Below, piece after piece: positions 31,513 through 40,402 of a stretch of 64,000 nucleotides of DNA (position 1 is its first letter; every line of letters starts with the position of its first letter). The notes under the pieces were generated by a model. That model did no database searches, was not told the DNA's origin, and saw only the letters and a list, made by a program, of their open reading frames with translations. Made by a program: the position numbers and the translations under genes. The stretch is from contig JAJYUZ010000003.1 in the NCBI GenBank assembly GCA_021792255.1, positions 224,001 to 288,000 of the forward strand. The letters run 5' to 3'. Source of the stretch: Thermoplasmata archaeon. Its GTDB lineage: Archaea; Thermoplasmatota; Thermoplasmata; Thermoplasmatales; GCA-001856825.

Positions 31513-31605
31513 ACAGAAGTTCACTCTTCCTGGTAATGAAGACAAATTTTGGTTTGTTGAGAACTTTACCGAAAAATTTATCCTAAAGTAGAGCTAAACT
31601 AATGT

Positions 31606-33000
31606 GTGTTTCTAAAGAAAGTGCAGATTTTCGTCGTTTTGATGATCGTCTTACTTTCTTCGGTGACATTTCTGGATTCTGCAATAAAAAATTCTCCGAC
31701 AACGAATGTTATACAGCAGGATCCTATCATCGCCAGACCCCCGTTGGGAAGTTTTGCGTTCTTGTCTGAGTTTGGATCAGGCGGTACTTACTCGAACTAC
31801 GGTTGGTCGCTCATAGATAAAGGCTCGGCTCCGCCTATAACGAATTCTCCTAACTATTTCGGCGAACCTTCTCTGAACGTTACGAACGGCACTACTCTTT
31901 TTTCGGACAGGAATATCACAAAGGGAGATCGATCTGTTTCGTTCCAATTCGCGATAAATGCAAGAGATGGAAATGGCTCATTTACCGTGACGAATGGTTC
32001 CGGGAAAGAAATAGCGACTATTCGCGTGTGGGGTAACAATGTATCGGTTCGTACTGCAGATGAAAATGCTTCCGTTAACGGAACCGCACCAGTGACCCCA
32101 AACGGCACTGGCTGGATCCTCATCACTGGCAATCTGTTTAATGAGAGCGGTGGAAACGGATCTGGATGGAAGCTGGAAGTTTTCGTAGACAGGACCATAT
32201 CGGTTTTCGCGAACATCAGTGCGCCGGTGGGATATTCGTACAGTGGGCTTGAAATCTCGTGTGTCCGGGGAAGTGTATTTTTCACCGACATAATCTTTTC
32301 TAGTTATAACATGGCAGTGTTCCTGCCAGGTTATAACAACATGGAAGGATATGGTCAGGGATCAGGGTTTTTGGTAAATCTCCTGCAGCCATTCACCATT
32401 CTTCATGCAGATTTCGTTCTCTACAATTGGTCTGTCGCTAGATACTCAACACTGAGTTTTCAGATAAACGCTATGAATTTGATTGCTGCGGAGAATCAAA
32501 CGGCGAAAGGTTTCTTTCAACTAGGAATCGATCTTGACCCCAATGGAAAAATAGCCCCGTGGTACGTTGGAGGAAATAATGCAATCGCGGTCTATTTCAA
32601 GAATTACATAGGTCCAGATTTTATGCCCGGGTTTAATACGCCCAGTGGAACTGTTCTGGGGCTCACCATTCAGTACCTCCCTCTAGAAAAGATAATATTT
32701 TTCCAGATTGTCGACTACAACAAAACGGGAGAAACCAGGTTTTGTAATGCAAGCGTGTCCTATAGTGGTCCCGAATTTTATGCCGCTTACACGCAGCTTG
32801 AGACCACATCCTTGGATGAATCTCAGCTTAACGGTTACCGCTTCAATGGAAGCGTATTCGATATTACGCACGGGTCAGATTTCTCGAGCATGACCCCATT
32901 TAATAGCAGCTACATGTTGCCCTTTTCGATTGATACACCGGTCACTTGGTCTCTCACCTATTACAACAATTATGTGTCTGGCTACAATCAGGTTGATTAA
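31606..33000 (+). CDS. secreted beta-rich glycoprotein, function unknown
   Basis: Signal peptide/TM, many NxS/T sequons, G/S/N-rich. Confidence 0.65.
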   Translation: MFLKKVQIFVVLMIVLLSSVTFLDSAIKNSPTTNVIQQDPIIARPPLGSFAFLSEFGSGGTYSNYGWSLIDKGSAPPITNSPNYFGEPSLNVTNGTTLFSDRNITKGDRSVSFQFAINARDGNGSFTVTNGSGKEIATIRVWGNNVSVRTADENASVNGTAPVTPNGTGWILITGNLFNESGGNGSGWKLEVFVDRTISVFANISAPVGYSYSGLEISCVRGSVFFTDIIFSSYNMAVFLPGYNNMEGYGQGSGFLVNLLQPFTILHADFVLYNWSVARYSTLSFQINAMNLIAAENQTAKGFFQLGIDLDPNGKIAPWYVGGNNAIAVYFKNYIGPDFMPGFNTPSGTVLGLTIQYLPLEKIIFFQIVDYNKTGETRFCNASVSYSGPEFYAAYTQLETTSLDESQLNGYRFNGSVFDITHGSDFSSMTPFNSSYMLPFSIDTPVTWSLTYYNNYVSGYNQVD

Positions 33001-33034
33001 CAGAGCGAAATTCTGAAGGTAAATCGGTCCTCTT

Positions 33035-33661
33035 TTATGCCACTGGACCCTGATTACTCAGTTCCTTCTTGAAATCGCTCATCAGCTCTTTTATATTTAC
33101 GATCTCGTATCTCACCCTCTTGTTAGAGATAGCGTCTCTGACCAGCCTTTCCCTCTTTATGAGACCCGAGCTCTCCCCACTCTTTATTTCCAGAAAAATG
33201 ACCTCCATCTCTTCCGTTTCGTCACTCAGCCCTCTGAAAGCTATGAAATCAACCGGAGTACCCAAGTGTCTGAAATCCTTAAGGTTGACACCAAATCTGT
33301 TTGAAAGAAGTACGGGAGAAAACTCTTCACCTATTTTGCCAAGCAGGGTGTTTATGGACTTTTGAATTGCATCCTCTCTGATCTTTTTCTCTTCCTGTTT
33401 CTTCCAGGACTCAAGCTGTACCTGATAGTCCTTCCTGACCGTGTCATTAATCTGGGTTCTCATAACATTGACGCTGGTTTCGGTCCATTGATTGAAGAGC
33501 TTTTGCGCTAATTCCTGGGCCGATTTTTGTCCTGTCAATCTTTCCCTCTCGATGAGTACTCTCAGTCTCGAGATTCTCCTTTCAAATATGAAACTGATAA
33601 TCAGAATTATTACTGCGGAAACAAGAAGCAGTCCTATTATCAGAGTGTCTGATAATGTCAT
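33035..33661 (-). CDS. membrane-anchored Holliday junction resolvase-like endonuclease (Endonuc_Holl-type)
   Basis: N-terminal TM and coiled coil, then GKIGEEF...FRHLGTPVDFIAF...FLEIKSG (PD-(D/E)XK). Confidence 0.8.
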   Translation of the reverse strand: MTLSDTLIIGLLLVSAVIILIISFIFERRISRLRVLIERERLTGQKSAQELAQKLFNQWTETSVNVMRTQINDTVRKDYQVQLESWKKQEEKKIREDAIQKSINTLLGKIGEEFSPVLLSNRFGVNLKDFRHLGTPVDFIAFRGLSDETEEMEVIFLEIKSGESSGLIKRERLVRDAISNKRVRYEIVNIKELMSDFKKELSNQGPVA

Positions 33662-33780
33662 CTGAGATTATCATCATCAGACCTAAAAAGATTTAACTAT
33701 AATGCAGCCAAGGGAGGAATTCCTTTGATGACAGGTATCCAGAGATTCCTGACATATCTGTTCTTCAAAAGGCGTGAACG

Positions 33781-34146
33781 TTAAGATGTTACACTGGCCA
33801 TTACTGGCGAAATGTCCATGTATATTCTGTAGTCTTCTATCATATTCTCTCTGTACTTCAGGACACTGACAACTGGAATGGAAATTACTCTCCCATCCTT
33901 CATGGTGTAGTTTGCGACCGCCTCGACAGCATATCCATTTCCTTGCACATAGACCCCCTTGATATCGTGTCTAAGTCCATTTATCTTCGAGAAAAGATAG
34001 TTCAGTCCAGAAATTAATGCATCTCTTCCTGTCCATAGATCATTATTAGAAAATCGAAATTTCACATCGATAGTCATGAGTTCAGAAAATTCAACTGCAT
34101 TCATTTTGTCTGCAGTCCTAAAGACTTCTTCCACATTTTTGGTCAT
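33781..34146 (-). CDS. SnoaL/NTF2-like protein
   Basis: FRFSNN.WTGRDA, YAVEA, YRIYMDISP. Confidence 0.75.
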   Translation of the reverse strand: MTKNVEEVFRTADKMNAVEFSELMTIDVKFRFSNNDLWTGRDALISGLNYLFSKINGLRHDIKGVYVQGNGYAVEAVANYTMKDGRVISIPVVSVLKYRENMIEDYRIYMDISPVMASVTS

Positions 34147-34244
34147 ATTTCCGATATCGCGATGGTGACTAAATTAGTTTCTTTTCCACACAATCACCTA
34201 CCGTACATCGACTCTGTACAACTTTACCGCCATCCGACCTGTTT

Positions 34245-34609
34245 TCACTTCGTTGCAATGACATCTATTTCCACCAAAATATCGTTGTTTGCAAATCCCG
34301 ATACTATTGTTGTTCTTGCAGGTGGGTCCGTCGCGAAGTACCTAGAATAAAGTTCGTTCATTTTCTGAAAGTCTTCACTCTTGGAGAGTTGGACTGTCAC
34401 CTTGACCACGTTCTTCAGAGTAAGTTCTCCGATCTCAAGGATTTTTGCACCTTCACCATTTCATTTCCAAACTGTTCCTCAAGGTTTGCGGCCCTGTTAG
34501 ATACCATACTACCTGTCCTGAGAGATACATAAAATTACCAGTGGCTACCGCATGGAAATAAGGTCCTGCATTGGCGATGTCTGAAACATTTATGTTTATG
34601 CATACCCAT
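34245..34609 (-). pseudogene. frameshifted RidA/YjgF-family gene
   Basis: Fragments in different frames: AGPYFHAVATGNFMYLSGQV / EEQF / LKNVVKVTVQL..DFQKMNELYSRYF..PPARTT...VEIDVIATK*. Confidence 0.75.
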
Positions 34610-34774
34610 AAGTCAGGTCCCGAAATTTAAGATTTTATTGATTTTGATATTTCTGTTTTCAATCGAGATTTTTTGACAGGAGTTTCTCGACAATTGTTAC
34701 GTCCTTCCATTCTCCATCAAGTTTACCGTGTTTTTAGTAGGTTCCAACTTCCCTGAATCCGACTTTCCTGAGAA

Positions 34775-35074
34775 GTGAACGACTTGCTGCATTTTCTACA
34801 AAGACTCTGGAAACAAGCTTCCACGGAACAGCCCAAGAATCAACCTGCACAGCAGAAACCAGTCCAGCCTCAGGGTGGCTGGAAATCCGAGGTTCTTAGG
34901 CTTCTCAACGAGTTCCCGCAGAATCTTGAGAGGAAATCGCAGTCCAAGATCCAGATTGTGAGGGAGATTCCAAGAAGCGACTGGAACATTGTGAAGAAAG
35001 GTTTTGAGAAGGAAGGGTGGATATACGACTGGAAGGAGAAGGCCTTCTTGATCTCCGAGGAGATGAAGGCATGA
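34775..35074 (+). CDS. hypothetical element protein (may be a 5'-truncated gene)
   Basis: Stop overlaps the next ATG (ATGA); Q/P-rich linker then W-rich domain. Confidence 0.55.
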   Translation: MNDLLHFLQRLWKQASTEQPKNQPAQQKPVQPQGGWKSEVLRLLNEFPQNLERKSQSKIQIVREIPRSDWNIVKKGFEKEGWIYDWKEKAFLISEEMKA

Positions 35075-35661
35075 CAGAAGAAAATGAGACTGCAGCCACT
35101 TCAGGTATTTACTATCAAATATGCCAAGAACGCCAAGATGAATGGAACGGCAATGAACTTCCATCTCCTTATCAGTCTGGCCCTAATGTAGAGGAGGATA
35201 AGGATGAAGTAAAGTCCAATGCAGGCGAAGAAACAAGGGACCGAGTACTTTATGTAAAAGAGAATCCAAGTATAGAAAGAGGGGTAGATGAAAAAGAAAA
35301 TGATGGGAAGCAACACGAGGATGAAGAAGTAGCCTGCAACGATCAAAGAGAAGGGCTGGAATCGGTTGCTCCCGACAAATTTAGCCCACCCTCTGCCCGG
35401 CTTCACCAGAAGTCCAAGGTAGCCAATGACGAGACCGGTAATGAGGATGTAAAGAATCTCAATCCAGTTGCTGATAAATTCACTAGACATTTAAGGAATA
35501 CCTTGGCAATATCATTTACAGCAGGTATAATAATTTCTTCGCTACTATCCACTCTCAGCTTCGATCTGGCCTTTATTGCTCTAGCTTCCGCTCTTGGCTT
35601 ATCTGGTGGACTGATTCTTTCGGAAGTCCTGTTTCTTGAAATAATGGAGGAAAAGGCATGA
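35071..35661 (+). CDS. hypothetical acidic protein with two C-terminal TM helices
   Basis: ATGA-coupled at both ends; contains an in-register antisense ORF. Confidence 0.5.
   Translation: MTEENETAATSGIYYQICQERQDEWNGNELPSPYQSGPNVEEDKDEVKSNAGEETRDRVLYVKENPSIERGVDEKENDGKQHEDEEVACNDQREGLESVAPDKFSPPSARLHQKSKVANDETGNEDVKNLNPVADKFTRHLRNTLAISFTAGIIISSLLSTLSFDLAFIALASALGLSGGLILSEVLFLEIMEEKA
35101..35490 (-). CDS. hypothetical 4-TM membrane protein, antisense and nested
   Basis: 129 aa ORF with TM segments separated by basic loops. Confidence 0.45.
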   Translation of the reverse strand: MSSEFISNWIEILYILITGLVIGYLGLLVKPGRGWAKFVGSNRFQPFSLIVAGYFFILVLLPIIFFFIYPSFYTWILFYIKYSVPCFFACIGLYFILILLYIRARLIRRWKFIAVPFILAFLAYLIVNT

Positions 35662-36275
35662 CACTCGAATCAGAAATCATTGAAATTTTCAGGACAAACA
35701 ACCTGAGGCATCTGAGCGCAGTTGTCACTTCTGACGGGCTGATCAAGGTCTCGATACAGGAGAGGAAACCTCCCAGAGTCAAGGGATTCGATCCGGCAGC
35801 ATACTATAGAAACAACAAGGAAAAAATCAAGAAGTACCAGCACGAGTATTATCTGAGGAAGAGAGGGAAGAACCAGAAGACAAGTATTGTCTCCGGAGGG
35901 ACTTATGTTCCGACTCCTGAAGATCTTGCTAAGGCAATGGCATCTCTCTATTCTAAAGATGGAACTGCTCTCAAGGCAGATGAACTCAGGGACACAGCTC
36001 TGCATGTGATGCAGTTCTTTGGGTTCGAGAGGGAGGTCGTTGGAAATCATCTGGAACCGGACGAGATATCGCTGATGTACCAGCTTGAGGACATCGGGCT
36101 GATAAGCACGAGAATAGAGGAACACAATCTCCTGGATGGGAAACCCTGGAGGGTCAACTACTTCATTCTCAATGTTGGGAAGATCAGGGAATATTCCTCA
36201 AAGACAATTGAAGGAAATTCAGCTGATGCGTGCCAGGTCTACGAGAATCTTCCAGAGGAGATGTGGGCGAGATGA
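35658..36275 (+). CDS. element protein with a C-terminal domain homologous to host gene 51055..51432
   Basis: FFGFE...YQLEDIGLIST...GKPWRVNY matches FFGFE...YTLEETGILST...GKTWRIHY. Confidence 0.75.
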   Translation: MTLESEIIEIFRTNNLRHLSAVVTSDGLIKVSIQERKPPRVKGFDPAAYYRNNKEKIKKYQHEYYLRKRGKNQKTSIVSGGTYVPTPEDLAKAMASLYSKDGTALKADELRDTALHVMQFFGFEREVVGNHLEPDEISLMYQLEDIGLISTRIEEHNLLDGKPWRVNYFILNVGKIREYSSKTIEGNSADACQVYENLPEEMWAR

Positions 36276-36436
36276 AGTATTTTTATTCAGATGCGTGCAC
36301 CCACAACCAGCACCCAATCTGCAAGGAGCAGGAATGCCAGTGCGGATGTCACTTCATTGCAAGAAACAACGGAATTACCCCGGAGGAGTGGAAATCCTAC
36401 CAGGCCAGGGTCGCGAAAGCGGAGGAATCGCTATGA
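36272..36436 (+). CDS. small Cys/His-rich (Zn-binding) element protein
   Basis: MKYFYSDACTHNQHPICKEQECQCGCH...; ATGA overlaps at both ends. Confidence 0.6.
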   Translation: MKYFYSDACTHNQHPICKEQECQCGCHFIARNNGITPEEWKSYQARVAKAEESL

Positions 36437-36732
36437 GGTACAATTGCTCCCTTGACTTCGGGGCTCTGGAAATAGACGGGATCGAGGCAAACAGTAGGGA
36501 GGAAGCCAGGGAAATAGCTATGAGGTCCTTCAAGCCGGTGATCCTCGCCATTGATGAAACAAGCATCAAGGCAACTGCAGGAGAAAGGAAGAGAAGACCG
36601 ATAATAGTCACTGGCCCAAGCACACTTGAGCCTGCCAAAAGGAAGGAATCTTCCAAAGAGATTTTTGAACGCAGGGTCAAGCGTTGCAGGTTGGTTGCAA
36701 AGAATGCTGAGCTGGAGACGGGAGTGAGGTGA
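36433..36732 (+). CDS. hypothetical element protein
   Basis: SD GGAGG and ATGA overlap; MRYNCSLDFGALEIDGIEANSREEAREIA... Confidence 0.6.
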   Translation: MRYNCSLDFGALEIDGIEANSREEAREIAMRSFKPVILAIDETSIKATAGERKRRPIIVTGPSTLEPAKRKESSKEIFERRVKRCRLVAKNAELETGVR

Positions 36733-36736
36733 GACA

Positions 36737-36850
36737 ATGAGCATGGAGAGCATTTTTCCATTTATCAAGAAAGAGGCAGACGACCGGATCGACGGGGAGC
36801 CAAACCTGCTGAGGTCACTGCTCAGGGTTATGGAGAGGGATGAGAGATGA
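36737..36850 (+). CDS. 37-aa peptide coupled to the integrase
   Basis: SD GAGGTG; MSMESIFPFIKKEADDRIDGEPNLLRSLLRVMERDER*; stop overlaps the integrase ATG. Confidence 0.5.
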   Translation: MSMESIFPFIKKEADDRIDGEPNLLRSLLRVMERDER

Positions 36851-37815
36851 ACGGAGACCTAGGGATAAAATTGGAGGAGTACCGGATCTGGGCCTTAACG
36901 TTGGGACGCTACTCATCGTCGACCGTAACAAGGTCCGTGAGGAGGATAAGGGAGCTCTCGAAGGCGATCGACGTCCTGAGACCGACGCAGAAGCAGGTCC
37001 TTGACTTCTTTGCAAGGGAGGCAGAGAAGGGGATGAAGCCCCATACCATGAACAACCAGAGGAAGGACCTCGCGTCCTGGTTCAGGTTCCTGGGAATAAA
37101 GATACAGCTCCCCGTTTTCAAGGAGCCTCCTCTCCCGGATCCATGGATACCCACGGACGATGAGGTGAAGAAGGTGCTTGCTGCGGCGGAGAGGTCGGGG
37201 GACAGGATGAGTTCCGCTAGGAACAAGGTTATGGTCGAGCTGCTCTTCTTCGGGGGGATAAGGATAGGCGAACTGATCAAGATAAACCTCACCGACCTCA
37301 GGTCCAACGGAATAAGGATAAGGAGCGAGAAGGGCGAGGCCGAGAGGATCATAGGACTGCCCGGGAGCATCATGGAGGAAATAGCGGAGTTCGTGAGATA
37401 CTACAGGTACAACAGCGACCCTGCCGCATTCTTCACCACCAGGGATGGCAGGATGAGCTATTACTATGCCAGGAACATCCTGAGCCGAATCGGTGCAAGG
37501 GCAGGGGTTCCGAGGTTCCATGCCCATGCTGCAAGGCACTGGTGCGCCACTGCGCTCCTGAGGGGGATTTTCGGCCAAAAACCCCTGGACATCCGCATGG
37601 TCCAAATCCATCTGGGCCACAGATCCCTGAGGACCACCCAGAGGTATACTCACGTAACCCAGGAGGAAGTTGCGGAACAGGTAAGGGGGAGGCTCGCGGA
37701 CTTTTTTCGAGTCGATGAAGAAATGAATTTAGGCACGATGAAAGTCGAATCCGAACCAGAACCAAGTGGGGCTGCCCGGATTTGGACCGGGGTCACAGAC
37801 TCCCAAAGCCCGTAG
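36847..37815 (+). CDS. int: tyrosine recombinase/integrase
   Basis: Catalytic set GIRIGE (R), SEK (K), HAARH (HxxR), LGH and TTQRY (Y). Confidence 0.93.
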   Translation: MNGDLGIKLEEYRIWALTLGRYSSSTVTRSVRRIRELSKAIDVLRPTQKQVLDFFAREAEKGMKPHTMNNQRKDLASWFRFLGIKIQLPVFKEPPLPDPWIPTDDEVKKVLAAAERSGDRMSSARNKVMVELLFFGGIRIGELIKINLTDLRSNGIRIRSEKGEAERIIGLPGSIMEEIAEFVRYYRYNSDPAAFFTTRDGRMSYYYARNILSRIGARAGVPRFHAHAARHWCATALLRGIFGQKPLDIRMVQIHLGHRSLRTTQRYTHVTQEEVAEQVRGRLADFFRVDEEMNLGTMKVESEPEPSGAARIWTGVTDSQSP

Positions 37816-37839
37816 GATACCAAGCTACCCCACAGCCCC
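37767..37839 (-). tRNA. tRNA-Pro(TGG), with atypical 3' half
   Basis: GGGGCTGTGGGGTAGCTTGGTATCCTACGGGCTTTGGGAGTCTGTGACCCCGGTCCAAATCCGGGCAGCCCCA; TATA-like AATATAAA about 25 nt upstream. Confidence 0.88.
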
Positions 37840-37882
37840 TTCCGACCTTATTTTCATTCGGTTTATATTCCTTTCCACGGGA

Positions 37883-38443
37883 TCAGTTTTTCATTTTCTT
37901 TTTTATTATTCTTGATATATTGTCCAGTACCTCTTTCCTTCCCCGATCCGCATTTACTTCAATACCAAAATTGAATTCTGTTGATTTCTTGTGTACCATT
38001 CTCGTTTCGTTTTCTCCAAGAGAGCTCCTCCTGGAAGCATCTCTTCGCATGCACACTTCCAGAGGGACCGCGAGTGTTATCACTATGCCCTCAAACTCTT
38101 TCAGCCGCCCAATCAAATCAAGAATAACACTCTTGTAATAGAAATTTCCGTCAAAAATTACGGGCAATCCGTTTTCAAGTTGCATCATTGATTCCTTCGC
38201 CGCAATTTCATTAACTCTCAAGAAACTCATTTCCGAAATATAGCCATCTTCCCATTCTTCGAGATTGAATTTTTCAAGAATTTCATCTATAGAGATGTGG
38301 TGAGCATTGTAATCTCTGGCTAATTCCTTGGAGATTGTTGTTTTCCCAGCCCCCAAAGGACCTCTGATTATGACGAAGAATGCTTGATGCACCTTTTCAC
38401 TACCTTGATTAATTCCTTTTAGTGCCACAACTTTCCCAGCCAT
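37883..38443 (-). CDS. P-loop kinase (AAA_33-like)
   Basis: RGPLGAGKTT, IFDGNF, VPLEVCMRRD. Confidence 0.75.
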   Translation of the reverse strand: MAGKVVALKGINQGSEKVHQAFFVIIRGPLGAGKTTISKELARDYNAHHISIDEILEKFNLEEWEDGYISEMSFLRVNEIAAKESMMQLENGLPVIFDGNFYYKSVILDLIGRLKEFEGIVITLAVPLEVCMRRDASRRSSLGENETRMVHKKSTEFNFGIEVNADRGRKEVLDNISRIIKKKMKN

Positions 38444-38476
38444 TAAAATTATCTACTAATTGTCGCTTCTAAGACC

Positions 38477-38911
38477 ATGAACTGTGAATTGTGTGGAAAT
38501 GTGATGGACCGCTACCACGAAGTCATCATAGACGGAGTGACGATGAAGGTCTGTCATGACTGCGCGAAATATGGAAAGGAGGTCAATAAGAAACCGGTCG
38601 CAGTCCAGAGGGAACAGATTCCACAAACCGTTCAGAAGAAAAATTTTATTCACGTGCCTCCGCCCCCTCCACCAAGAAGGAAGGCTGCAGGCAACCCTGA
38701 AGATACGGAAGAACCGATCATTGATTTTGGCAAGTCAATAAAGAAGAGACGGGAGGAGATGGGTCTGTCCCAGGAAGAGCTAGCAAACAAATTGCAGGAA
38801 AAGAAGAACCTGGTCGCTAAGATAGAGAGGGAAGAGATCAAGCCCGATAAACAAACCGCAAGAAAGATTGAGAAACTGATGGGCATAAAGATCCTTGAGA
38901 AGGTCCAGTGA
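38477..38911 (+). CDS. archaeal multiprotein bridging factor aMBF1
   Basis: CELCG...VCHDCAKYG Zn ribbon plus C-terminal HTH (GLSQEELA). Confidence 0.92.
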   Translation: MNCELCGNVMDRYHEVIIDGVTMKVCHDCAKYGKEVNKKPVAVQREQIPQTVQKKNFIHVPPPPPPRRKAAGNPEDTEEPIIDFGKSIKKRREEMGLSQEELANKLQEKKNLVAKIEREEIKPDKQTARKIEKLMGIKILEKVQ

Positions 38912-38962
38912 AGATCCCGAGTCTTATTGCGACTCTCTCTGCAACTTGTCCTATTCTTTGAG

Positions 38963-40402
38963 TCACTTCATTGGAGGGAACAGGATTACTTCCTTTATCG
39001 AAGTCTGATCTGTGAACAGCATTGAAGGTCTATCAATGGATATTCCGATTCCAGCAGTGGGAGGCATTCCGTACTCCATTGCCCCGATAAATTCCTCATC
39101 GAATGGAGGGGCCTCTTCGTCTCCCTTCTTCCTCTCTGTTTCTTGATCTTCAAACATTTTCCTCTGGTACATAGGATCTGTGAGCTCTGAATATGAGTTG
39201 GCGACTTCCATTTTTCCAACGTACAGTTCGAATCTCTCCGCGAGAAGCGGATTCCCTCTCTTTATCTTTGTCAGGGGGCACATGTATGCGGGAAAATCCA
39301 TGATGAAAGTTGGCTGTACGGTCTTGCTCTTCAGGTACTTGTCAAAGAGTGAATCTGCCACATGGTACGGGTCCGGATGTTTCAGCTCAAGTTTCTCCGC
39401 TTTGTTGATCTTCTCTGCCTCTTCATCCGACATCGTAGAGACATCAGTTCCCATAATGTTCTTCAGTTGTTCCACCCAGTACATTCTTGCAAACGGAGGC
39501 GTGAAATCTACAGTCTCGCCCTGATACTTGATTTTCAGAGTTCCAAACGTCTTGAGTACGAAGGAACTCAACATATCTTCCATCATTTTCATGAAAGTTT
39601 CATAGTCGCTGTAAGCTTCATAGTATTCTATTTGAGTGAATTCTGGATTGTGAGTCGTATCTGCATCCTCATTCCTGAAGTCTTTTGAGACTTCGTAGAC
39701 ACGCTCTGCGCCGCCGATGATCAATCTTTTCAAATACAGCTCGTCCGAAATCCTGAGGAACATCTGTTTGTCATCCAGGGTATGATAGGTCGTCTTGAAC
39801 GGTTTGGCCTTGGCACCACCGTAGACGTCTTGCAGAATTGGAGTCTCTACTTCGATTCCTCCTCTCGAATCGAGGGTATCTCGAACGTGACGTAAGAATT
39901 TTGATCGTATCTCAAAAGTTCTAAGGACTTCCTGATTCATCATCAGGTCCACGTGTCTGTACCTGTACCTAGCTTCCGTGTCCGTCAGCCCTTGCCACTT
40001 ATTCGGCAGAGTTCTCAACGTTTTTGAGAGCATGGTAATTTCTCTGACTCCAACGCTGATCTCTCCCCTCTTGCTTTTCATTACTATTCCTCTGATTCCT
40101 AGGGTATCGCCTATGGAGGAGTTAGCTAGTACCAGGAGTGATTTCTGGTCTAGTTCGTTGTTCCGAACCAGCGACTGAATCTTCCCCGACCGGTCCTGGA
40201 TATCTATGAAGGTTATTCCACCCATCTGCCTCATTTGCATTGCCCTACCTGCCATACTAACTTCCTTCCCTTCCATTTCATCAAAATTGTCCTTGATCTC
40301 CTTTGCGTGGTGGGTGACCGCATAAGAATACGGGTATGGTTCTATTCCAGCCATTCTTAGGGCATTTATACTCTCGAGCTTCGCCTCGTCTATAGTGGAA
40401 AT
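38963..40402 (-). CDS. lysS: lysine--tRNA ligase, class II; start uncertain (ATT at 40402 proposed)
   Basis: OB-fold anticodon domain, RYRYRHVDL, motif 2 FRNE..HNPEFT, motif 3 YGMPPTAGIGISIDR. Confidence 0.92.
   Translation of the reverse strand: MSTIDEAKLESINALRMAGIEPYPYSYAVTHHAKEIKDNFDEMEGKEVSMAGRAMQMRQMGGITFIDIQDRSGKIQSLVRNNELDQKSLLVLANSSIGDTLGIRGIVMKSKRGEISVGVREITMLSKTLRTLPNKWQGLTDTEARYRYRHVDLMMNQEVLRTFEIRSKFLRHVRDTLDSRGGIEVETPILQDVYGGAKAKPFKTTYHTLDDKQMFLRISDELYLKRLIIGGAERVYEVSKDFRNEDADTTHNPEFTQIEYYEAYSDYETFMKMMEDMLSSFVLKTFGTLKIKYQGETVDFTPPFARMYWVEQLKNIMGTDVSTMSDEEAEKINKAEKLELKHPDPYHVADSLFDKYLKSKTVQPTFIMDFPAYMCPLTKIKRGNPLLAERFELYVGKMEVANSYSELTDPMYQRKMFEDQETERKKGDEEAPPFDEEFIGAMEYGMPPTAGIGISIDRPSMLFTDQTSIKEVILFPPMK

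Larger units (their letters stand above)
34775..37815 (+). mobile_element. truncated integrative element (provirus or plasmid remnant) inserted at tRNA-Pro
   Basis: Chain of SD-preceded, mostly ATGA-overlapping small ORFs ending in a tyrosine integrase that overlaps the tRNA; integrase visibly GC-richer than flanks; no second att copy found by eye. Confidence 0.8.

Noticed and set aside
36909-37765. Long antisense ORFs (154, 246 and 110 aa) over the integrase
   Set aside because: Shadow ORFs expected in GC-rich coding DNA; no motifs
38655-38680. Poly-proline run in aMBF1
   Set aside because: Ordinary low-complexity linker between the Zn ribbon and the HTH
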